The notes beneath the pieces are model-generated. The model worked only from the letters and a program-made list of their open reading frames with translations. It was not told the DNA's origin and did not search any database. Positions 18,905-29,494 of a stretch of 64,000 nucleotides of DNA are shown one piece after another. Origin of the DNA: Lama guanicoe (Eukaryota); the NCBI GenBank assembly GCA_013239625.1, contig MU054575.1, positions 185,687-249,686 of the forward strand, written 5' to 3'. How positions within the stretch are numbered: the stretch's first letter is position 1; each line of letters opens with the position of its first letter. A program made the translations under genes and the position numbers.

Positions 18905-21900
18905 AGTGACATTTCTGCCCTGCTGCAGTCTCCCCACCACCTTCTGGCCGGTCTGCTTGATTTTCTGGGCACATCGCTCCCCCTTCCCAGCAGTTGGAAA
19001 GGCCCCCTCTGCAGGACTCACCTCTCACGGGCAGACCTGTTCTCGGGGGTTTTGGGGAGACCAAGAACAACCTTCGGTCTCTCAGGGCACCTCCATGCTC
19101 TGATGCCCGGGCGGCCCCCTGACCACCCACCACCCAGGCGCAGCACCCACAGGCCTGCCCTCTGAGCCCTCCCTGTTCTGAGGTGCAGGACGCCTTGGGG
19201 TCCCTTGCCTGGGCACCCTGCTGTGGCCTTTCTGGGTCTGGACAGGGGCAGCTTTGGAAGCTGAGGCCCTTCCAGAGTCAGGCCCTTTGCCATCCAGACA
19301 AGGACCCCAAGGCCCATGGCAGGTGGGGGAGCACAGCCAGGTCCCCCATGCCAGCAGGTGGCAGGTGAGCTGCCCCCCTGACCTCACTGAGGGGCAGGGC
19401 CTGGCCACCTGGGGCTCAGGATTCTGTCTCGTCACCTGTGCTGGAGGGACAGCCCCTCCTGGGAACTGACAGCGGATGTGAGGGCAGCAGGGAATGGCTG
19501 AGCACAGCCTCCCATGTTGGGTGGAGCTGGTGGGGGGCTGCCCTGCAGTGGCCGTGAGGGGCCCGCCAGCCTGGGCCCAGGTCTCCCTCTGACGTGGGGC
19601 CTAACCTTGGTGACTCCCAGACCCTCAGCCACCACCCGCCACCACCCGCCACCACCAGCTGCTGTGTTTCTGGTTGAGTCTGCCTGCCCTGTGCCCCCAC
19701 TGACACCCTGGCCTGCCTCAGTCCGCCGGGCCCGAGCCTTGGTTTCACATGGGAGATGATGGGGATGGTCAATCCGCCGCCACTGCAGAAAACCACCTCC
19801 TGCCTCGCAGAGAAGCCCAGGGGGGTGGGTCCCGTCCCGAGCCCGGGCCTGGCGGGGCTGCTGCCTGACTCCGTGCTCCCGGACCCTCCCGAGGGTGTGC
19901 TTTGGGGCTTCCAGGGCTGCCTCGGGGCCAGAACCCTGGCCAGCGGCCCCGGCCCCTCACGGCTGACCATGGAGACTTGAGGGGCTGCGGTGGGCGACCT
20001 GAGGCCACCCTGTTCTCTCTCGCAGGAGCTGCCACCTCCTGGGCTGTAAATGGTGGAGAAACACTTGCCCCGGTGAGATCCTCTTGGCATGTGGGTTTCA
20101 CGGTTGTGGGCCCCCTGGGAGCGTGCAGAGTGGGTCACTGTGGGGCCCAAAGGGGCACTGACTGGCAGGGTCCTGCTGGCCAAGGAGCCTGGTGTCTCCA
20201 GGCAGAGGGCAGGCTGGGCTCTGGGCCCCTGGAGGCCCTCCCGTCCACTCCCACCACTCTCACCCCCTCCCTGTTGGCCCTCTCCCTTCTCCCTGTACCT
20301 GAGGGGTCCCACATGGGGGTCCCACTCAGCCCAGACTCGGGGGCTGGACCGGGCTGAGCAGGTGAAGCTCCCCACTGCTTGCTCATGGCTGCTCCCTTCG
20401 CGGCTGTCCACACTCCCCCAGTTCACTCCACGCCTGCCCCACTGTGACCGAGGGCGCGCCCCTCCCAAAGGAGACTCGGGGTGCTGGGGGCCCTGCAGGG
20501 GCGGGGGTCTACTTCTACCATGTGTCTTCAAAGCACCCAAAGGCCCCACACACTGCCCAGCACCCCCCAAAAGGGACAGGGTGGAGGTTAACTCCCAGAG
20601 CCCACAGAATCCCTGAGCGGTGGTCTCCCGGCCTGGCCCCTCCCCCAGGGATGCCCCCAAGAATCTGGGCTGCTCCACCCATTCCCGCCAGATGGCCTTC
20701 GGGGGTCTTCACAGCCCACTCCCCCCTGTCCCATGCACAGCGCAGGTGCGCGGGGCGGCGGTGTGTGAGCTCCCAGCAGCCAGGGCGTCGGCTGGCGCCG
20801 CCCCCCGACCTCGTGCTCTGAGCACCCACACCAGATGCATGTTCCCAGCTCAGAGCTGCGGGCGGGACCAGAGGGACGGCCTTCAGGGGAGGCGTGGGCT
20901 CGGGGCCTCCAGTGGCCCTGCCCGTTCTGCCCTGGGGATTCCGGCCTGGGCTGCAGGCAGTTCAGCCAAAGACTCGCCGGAATGTGTGAAGCCCAGCCCT
21001 GCCTGGGAAGGTTCCTAGGGTGCACAGAGCCCCTGGCCACCACAGAGGAGCCAGGCTCCCCCTCTGCAGAGCTCCTGCTGGGGGTCTTCAGGCTCTGGCC
21101 TGGTCAGGCCCTGAAGGAGCTCTCTACACTGAAGGCCAGTGGGCAGCAGCTGGGCTGTGTTCTGGGCAGGTGTCCGTCTGGGTGCCCACGCGGCCTGGGG
21201 CCTAGGGGTGCCAGGCCGGGCTCAGGCAGGGACCCCATCCTCACGGGGCATCTGGTGTGCAGGGCTGGGGAGGAGGCTGCTGCCCCTCCCGCGGGTGTTC
21301 TCCAGCTGGGCAGGGTTTAGAGCTGCTCGTGGAGTGAGGACATACAGGGAGTGACTCCCCCTTAGAGGAGACCCCTGCCCATCTATGTGGTCCTTGTACC
21401 AAGAAGAGAGGTCCTTAGACCCGAGGCCCCCGACCATCCTGGCGACGCCTAGGTGGCTGGGACCACTCCGAGGTCCCCCCTCCAGCTCCCTCTGGATCCC
21501 ACTTTTGGGCCCAGTGCCAGGCAGCTCCATTCCGTCCCAAAGACCCCCAGCTGCCCATCCAGCTCAGTCCCTGTCCCCCGGCCTACCCCTGCTCTCTGGC
21601 CCCCAGCCCCGTCTCCATGTGCCCTCTGGAGTGTGGTGGCCCCTCCCCCGCAAGGTCTGTCAGGCCCAGGGCCAGGTGGGCAGCCTTGGCTCCTGTCCCT
21701 GCTCCTCTGACCACCCCGCCTGGCCTGGTAGTCCTGGTGGGTTTCCTCCACCGTGGGCTTCAGGCTGCTCGTTGGGCCGACACCAGCTTAAACGTGCCGC
21801 TCATCCCCTCCTCTCCCTCCTCCTCCTTCCTGCCCGGCCAGGCCGGAGGCTCAGGGGTAGGCGCTGGGGTGAGGACTGGGCTGGGGCCTCGGGGCCCAGT

Positions 21901-24900
21901 CCAAAAAAGACCTTTAAAGGTTGAGACGGGAAATAACAAGACAGCCTTTCCCAGTCTCCCTCCCTCTCTGTGTCTCTGTGCCCCTCTCCCTCCCCTCGCA
22001 TCATAAAACAAGGAATTTATTTTTCACTGCGCCTGGGGTTGCAGACGGCTGTGGCTGTCCTGCTGTGTCGGGCTGGGTTTATTTGGGGTGGGGGCGGGCA
22101 GGGGGTGCTTTCTGTTTTCTTTTGCTTTTGCAAGGAAAGGGCGGGCAGGGGCTGGTGGACCCGCAGGGCGCCCCTCCCTCCCCCACTCCGAGGGGGGCTT
22201 TCCTTCCCCCTTCACTTCCCTTTTCCCTTTTGGGGGCTGAGGTTAAACAGAGGGCGCCCAGGGCCCGTGACCTTTACCCTCTGACATCTTTGAGCTCAGG
22301 AGGGCTTTGATGTCTTAACTGCCTGCCTCACACCAGTCACTCTCTCCCCCCACCAGGAGCAGGACCCTCTGCAGTTGCCCTTTCTGGGCCCCCCAGGTCC
22401 CAGGAAATTGGCCTCACAAATAAAGCCAGCGAGGGACTACCTCGTCCAGGTGGCCTGGAGCTCGGCCACCTCCCCTCCTTCCTCGCTGTCCCCAGAGCCC
22501 CCGCCTACCGTCCCTCCTGCCCACACATGGCCTCACGTGCCCCCCTGTTATCCCACCTGTCCAGCCTTCCTCTGCCCATGGGCTGCCACCTCCTGGGACC
22601 TTCTCAAGGAGGCACACAGCCCCAGTGGCCTCTGGTCCCCAGCCCCAGAGCCAGCTTGGTGGGCACCCTGTTCTGCCCCGTTTCCCTCCAGTGGCAGGAA
22701 CCCACAGCGGTACTCAGAGGTCAAGCAGGCCGGGGCCCAAGTCGCTGATGTGACCAGGTGGAACACTCAGTGGGAGAGAGGCTGAGGCCCAAGAGGGGAC
22801 ACCCCGGCCTTCTCACCTGTGGCTCCAGGGAGCAGAGCTGGCCACCAGGCTGGGCTAAGGCCTGCCTGTGCATCCTGCGTGCCTTCCTGGGCTGGCCGTG
22901 CGGGATGCCAGGTGGGCACTGGGCACGACATCGGGCTGCCCTCTGCCCTCCGCTGCCCCTCTCCAAAGCCAGAGCTCCCCCTGGCCCCAGTTACCCCTCA
23001 GCCTGGCCACCACGAGGCCCCTGAGGTCCAGAGGTCCCTCCTCCACTTCCCCAGGGAATGCTTGGAGCCCTCAAGGATGCTGTGGGGTAGCCTTTCTGGG
23101 TTCCCCCATCACTGCCCACAGCAAGGGCCACCAAGCCCCTCGGGAGCCCGGCCCTGCTCCCCAGCACCAGCACAACTGCCTGATCTGGGCTCATTTTCCA
23201 AGGGTTTCCTCTGCACCCCGCCGAACGGGCCTTGTGTGCTGGGCTGGCACCTCGGCTGGCCTCCCTCCATGCCTGTCACCAAGCGGTGGGCTCCAGGGGT
23301 CTAGGGAGAGTGTGAGGGGTGGAGGCCCTCTGGCCCCTAGAAATGACCTGCATCTGTGGTCTTGAGACCAGGGTGCAGGTGGGACCCCTCGTCTCCTTGG
23401 GGAGGGCAGGGAACCTGGCTGCAAGTGGGTTTCAGCCCAGACAGAGAGAGAAAAAAGGAGATAGAAAGGGTAAGCTGATGGGGTGGGGAGAGGGCAGAAG
23501 CCCCCGGGGGAAGGGGGCCACTGCCGGGAGTGGAGGCCAGAAAGGGCCCGACAGCATCCTGCAGAGTAAGACCCAAGGCAGAGAGCGTGGCACTGACAGG
23601 GACACACGCGGCCTCTTCCGATGGAGCCACGTGCCCACATCTGTCCCCAGACCAGCCCCCTGAACATGCAGCCAGGACCCCCCCCCCGGCCGGCCTCCCC
23701 ACCTCAGCCCTGCCGGGGGCCTTGGCATATCCGTGTGCGGACCAGAGGTGGGTGCCCACGGGGCCAGCTGCCCACATTGCCTGGCGTGGGTGCCCCCTTG
23801 CTGCGCCGACCTGAAGCCCTTCACCTCCGTCCTCAGACACGGAGAGAGGGCCGCCCAGCCCGCCCCAAGCTCGGAGCCCATGGAACACACCAGCAGGGAC
23901 AGTTCCCTGGGACTGGGGTTCAAGGCTGAAGGCCCGTCTCCCACCGCCTCGGGTGTCCGCCTTGGCCTGAGACTCGGGCCCCTGGCCTGCCCAACCTGAC
24001 CCACGCCCGGAAGCAGGGCCGCGTCCCCTGCGTCCCCTGCCTCCACGCGGACGGTGGCCTCGGGTGGGCTCTGGATCGTGCGTCTTGTCACAAATCCTGT
24101 GACCACATTGGTGAATGGAACGAGCTGAGTGGGGCTGGGACTGGGGCCAGCAGGGCCCCCGGAAGTGAGGGGTGAAGCCCGGACGTGGCCCCAGTCCTCT
24201 CAGGCTCTACCCACCTGTCCCCACATGCCACCGCCCCAGGCCCTCCCCTGCCCTTCTCTTGTGCCCTCCGCGGCCTCACCTCTGCCCCGGTGTCTCCTGG
24301 CCCTCTTTGGCCCCTTCTGGCCAGGGTACCTCTGGGGGTGTCTTCCAGGCCGCCCTGCATGCCCTCCACAACCTAGCATGTACGAGGCACTGGGGTGGGG
24401 GCTGGGTGGAAGCCTCCTGGCGGCGCCAGGTGGCCGCAGGGCCTGGTGGATGGGCAGAGGCTGGGGGCAGGGCCCATTGGGCCCGAGGATGCCAGCGTGG
24501 CCCCCTCGCCCTCACCCCCCGCAGTCCAGCCTCTGCCAGGTTTCTGAGGGCCATTGTTATTAATATTATTATTACAGCCGCTGCAAAAACACTGCGCTAA
24601 GCCCCGCAAGTGATTTATATAGCGTGTGGCCTTATTGATTAGGCCAACTTTCCACGGTGCTGGGGGAGGCGGCGCCCTGGCTCCGGGCATCTCTGATCCA
24701 TGGGGGCCGCCCACCGGGTGCCTCTGGGTAGACTCCGAAGTCGCGGCCCCTCCCACCCTGCCAGAGGCTCCCTCGCTGGGGAAGAAGCAGCCCCTGGCCC
24801 TGAGAGGGCCCTGTCTGAGGGGGAGGCAGCCCCTGTGCCAGCGAGACCCTCATCTGAGGGTGGAGAGGCCGCTCTGCCTCGAGGCACGGCCGGCGTGCGC

Positions 24901-27900
24901 TGTGCCTGCGGCCTGTGTCGGGGGGCCTGTGGAGATCCCCTCCCCCACCGAGGGCAGCCTGGGAGCCCTGCAGGTATCTGTGCTCACCACCCCCACGTGT
25001 GGGGGCTCAGCCCAGACCCCTGGCCCCCGGGCTCCTCCACACCAGCCCTTCCTCACCCACCTGATCAGAGCTCACCCACCCAGGGGAGCAGGCATTTCCT
25101 TCCCCCTCCAAGGGGAGGCCAGACCACTGCTTCAGGGCTCTGTGTCGCCCAAGGTCATGGGCCCTCGAAGCCTGCTGGCCTGGCCTCCGGCCCCGGGGTC
25201 CCCACGACACCTGCCACCGGGGCATCGAGTCCTCAGCTGGCCGCCAAGATGAAGCCCTCACTCCCGCCCCCTTGCCCCCGCCCCAGGAGGCTGCGCGGAG
25301 TCCCCTGGCCTCCTGTCCCCTAGGGCCACCCAGAGGCTCCCCAGCCCCTCGGTGTCCAGAGCCTGGAGAACCCGGGGTGCTGGGCCTTTGAGAAGCTGGG
25401 GCTCAGTGTTGGGATCTGCTGGGGAGAGTGGTGGCGGGGGGCCGGCTGCCGGGCCTGGACAGCCTCGGCTGCAGGGGAGGCCTGCGGGCGTCTGTGTTCT
25501 GGGCTGGCCTCCTGGGCCAGGTGGGTGTGAAGGGTGTGCGGGGCAGTTCGTCCCGCCTCCAGCCCCAGGCGGCAGGTCCCCAGCGCCCCTTGCTGAAGCG
25601 CCAGAGTGCAGGAGAAGGAGGCAGCGCTCCTCCTAAGATGAGGATGGAAGGCCAGGGTACCTCCCCACCCCGGGCGGGGCTCCCAGGGTCTGACTCCAGC
25701 TCTGATGTCTGAGTCCACATTGCGGCAGGGCCGGGAGAAGGGCTCGGGGGTCAGGCCGCTGGCCCCTGCTGCGGTCTGCGGTACAAGTTAGGGCAAAAGA
25801 GACCCAAAGGGAGAGGGCCCCTCTTCAGATGTGGGTCCTGGGGAGCTCTCCTGAGGGCTGGGGGCTTGGGGGGCTAGGGATTTCCAGCAGGGAGAGATGC
25901 AGGAGTGACACAGTGGCCTGGGGCCCGTGTGGTACGGACCCCCAAGTGCTTGGAAGGAGGTACAGAATAGGGGGTCCCCTCGGGGGTAAAGCCCAGGCCG
26001 AAGGGTCTCAGCTCGGCCGCAGACACCTCACAAGCTCTCTGAGGGCCCTTGTCCCCCTCCACCCAGGTCGAGTCGAGGGGGCCGAGGTGGGGGCCCTGCG
26101 GCTCCACATCCCAGTCCCCCGTCCCCCGGGAACAGGGCCCGAGGTGAACATGCAGGACACGAGTCCGGGATTCCCGCGGGCGCCTGTCCGTGCTGGTGGA
26201 GGAGGTAATTGCAGCTCCAGTTCCAACGCGGCTGGAACCCTCTCCACTGCCCTTTTTATGACTAATAAAAGGGATTGTAAACTCTGTATGTGTACAAAGT
26301 GCACCCTATAAATAGCTCCTGGTAATAATGACATTTGCAGCAGCGACCCTCGGTGCTCCGGCAGGGCCGGAGGCGGTGGGGGAGACCACCCTGGCCCTCG
26401 CCCGGCCCACCCAGGGATGGCGCAGGCTCACACCCTCTCCAGGACCGGCAGGACTGGACAAAAGGCCCCCAGGCCAGTGATGCAAGAGGGACTTGGGAGG
26501 AGGAGGGGACGGCCCGCACTCGGGCCTCCCCTGGCCCAGGCATCTCGGTTGGAGATGCCGGCGGCTCCCGTGGCCAGCCTCCCGGGAAGCGGGGCAGACT
26601 GTGGGCCTTTGGCCTCTCCCCTTCATGGGGCACGGCCCCTACCTACAGGCTCGAGGTTTCCTCGTCTGACTCTGGGGACCGCGTCCACCTGGAGGTGCCT
26701 CGCTCCAGGCGGCCCGCTCCGGTCCTCCTCCCAGCCCCCAGGTGCAGGCGCCACGGGCTTGGGCTGGGCCACGGCCATGTATCTCCTTAGCCAAAGCCCA
26801 CAGGAAAGCCGGGGAGGCTTGTTTTGGGGGTTCCGACCTGCTCCATCTCGTCGAAGGTGCCCTGGGAGGCGATGGTCACCTCTCGAGGTGAGTCCCCTGT
26901 CAAGGCTCCTCTGCAGACAGTACACCAGAGAACGCCTTGTCGCCAAACCCACGCTGCGGGCCCAGGTGTGCCACCCCGGGGCGGGGCGGGCGGCGGGAGT
27001 GCGACTCGCAGGGAGCGTCCCGGCTCCCAGCTGGTTAGCCGTGTGTCAGAGCTCCCGTCCTTGTTCGACCCGCGGCAAGTACTTCCCCCTGAACACAGTT
27101 CTTGGGAATTTATTTTGTTGCCAACTTCTGGTTTTCAGGAGCATCACGGGTGGCCCCGGCCCCGTGGCTCGGGGTTGCAGGCCTGGCCCATCTCCGGCTG
27201 CAAGTGTCCCCTCACACCGGATTTCAAGATACTGTCAGGCGTCACGCCACTGGAAGCAGAGAAGGGAAGGGATCCGGCCGCCGGGAGCTGTGACCTGGGA
27301 GGGGGTGCTGTCCTGCGCCTCTAGCCCCATCCGCGTCCCCCTCCACGTCCAGAGAGGGGTCTTTGGTTCAGTGCCAGCCTCCTCTCTCCCGCCCAGGCCA
27401 CCTGTCCTGAGTGGACCTGCTCCAAGTGCCCTGCACCCCGTGGAGACAGAGGAAATTGGCTTGAATCCACGAGTTCCCCACAGAGAGGGGAAGAAACACT
27501 GAGGGAACCGGCTTCCCGACTTCTCAGCATCCTGGGCGGCCCTGAGCATCCCTGAGCCCAGGTCTGGAGATGCGGGGTGGTTGTGGGGTCCCCCGGGCCC
27601 CCGGTGGGCTGGGGTCCCAAGAGTGGCCTGTGGGAGTGGGCTCCGCACTCACTCCCATCATGGGAGACGTCGTGCCCGCCAGGCCCCGGGCAGAGCAGCT
27701 GCCTGTGTCCCTCACACCACTCTGTCTGTCCACTCTGTCTGGGAAGAGTGTTCTGGGTCTGCACTGTCCAGCCTGGGAGAAGCAGCCCCCAGCCTCAGGA
27801 AAGCGCAGAATGAGGGGACCCTAGGGTGGGGGGCACCAAGGAACAGCCCCCCAGGAGCTCTGGTCTGACTCTGCTGTGTCCCAGGCTCAGCGGTAGGGCG

Positions 27901-28724
27901 CAGGGTTGGTCTGGGGTCAGCAGGGCCTTCATCTCCGCTATGGGTAACAGGGGATCTGCATCTGCCACAGAGATGGGGGCTCTGATGCTTGGAGGAAGAG
28001 GCAGGGTGGACACCCGCGTGGCAGGTTTCCCATCTCAGCTCCCAGACATTTCTTCTCCGTCTGCAACCACGCCAGCACCCGGCTCCCATTAACTCACTCC
28101 TGGGCTGTTGCAGCAGCCACGCCCTCTGCTTCCCTGGCTCTGCACACAGTAGGCACCCTCCATACGGCCAGCCTCGTGGTGGCCCTGGGACAGTCCCTGA
28201 GCCCAGCCGTCCTTCCCAACTGCCAGCCAGCTCTAGGTGAGGGGCGTCAGCTTCTACCCCGGGGGCGGGATGGTTCCCACTCTGTCCCCTGTGTGTGAGG
28301 GGACAGCACGGTGGGGACCAGACAGAGGAGGCTACACTGCTGACCTCCTCAGCGGCAGAAGCCATCCCATTTCTGAGCCCTCAGCCCTGCCTTGCCGGCC
28401 GCAGGTGGACAGGCCACCCTTGTGAGAATACAGTCATTCTGCTCCATCCAGGCCCGCCCTGAGGAACGCGGCAGTTTCTGCCCAAACCCTCACCGTCCAG
28501 CAGAGCCTTCCCGTGATGCAGCGAGCGTTCTGGGTCTGCGCTGTGCCCCCGGGAGGCCTCCAGACGCTGCTCGCTTCATTGTAATTCATCACAGCGTAAG
28601 CGGCCTCATGTGTCTGGAAGTGACTCTGTTGGACGACGCAGATTCGAACCGAGCTCTTGGGGTCAGAAGTGGGGTCGGGGAGGTGGCCGCCCACTGGTGG
28701 GCCGTTGATCGGGCCCTGAGGGGC

Positions 28725-28936
28725 GGGTCACCAGAGAAGATGCACGATGCCCAGATAAATCTGAGTTTCAGGTGAAATAATGAATGTTCCTTAGTTATGA
28801 ATGTTTCTTAACGTGCACCATGCAATGTTCGGGACACTGTTGAGGACACACGTATGTGCTAAGCATTGATTTGCTCTTTGTCTGAAATTCTGATTTACCA
28901 GGGGTCCTGGACTTCTATCGGCTACTCCGGCCGCCC
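28725..28936. mobile_element. MER53-like palindromic DNA-transposon relic
   Basis: gatgcccagataaatctgagtttcaggtgaaataatgaa ... ttgtctgaaattctgatttaccaggggtcctg, inverted arms matching the MER53 consensus as I recall it. Confidence 0.7.
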
Positions 28937-29110
28937 ACAAGTTGCAGGTCGGTCCTTCAGTAGCAGGACAGCCGGCGTCCAGAATAATCACACGGTGGGC
29001 AGTCTGAGCAGGGCTGGGGAGGCCAGCACTGGGCCTGCTGGCCCTTGAAGACAGACGGGGTCCTGGCTGCGGCCCTGGAAGGCAGCGGACCTGCAGCTCA
29101 GACTGCCCCA

Positions 29111-29494
29111 GGCTGACATCGTGCCCCCAGAGTGTTCCTGGGGTCCTGCCTTCCCTCCGAGGCCCATCTCTACCCTGATTTCCATCCTCCCCATCAGACA
29201 CTGGTCCTGCTGGTCCAGTGCAGACAGCCGGCTTGAGGCCGGAGTCACCCCTAGCCTCCACCCCACGCAGCCACAGGGCAGCCCTGCTCAGGGGGCAAGA
29301 CGCCCCAGGGCTGACATCGTGCCCCCAGAGTGTTCCTGGGGTCCTGCCTTCCCTCCGAGGCCCATCTCTACCCTGATTTCCATCCTCCCCATCAGACACT
29401 GGTCCTGCTGGTCCAGTGCAGACAGCCGGCTTGAGGCCGGAGTCACCCCTAGCCTCCACCCCACGCAGCCACAGGGCAGCCCTGCTCAGGGGGC
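29111..29494. repeat. Tandem duplication, 198-bp period (29111-29296 and 29309-29494)
   Basis: Two apparently identical 186-bp copies, also visible as repeated peptides in the ORF track. Confidence 0.95.
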
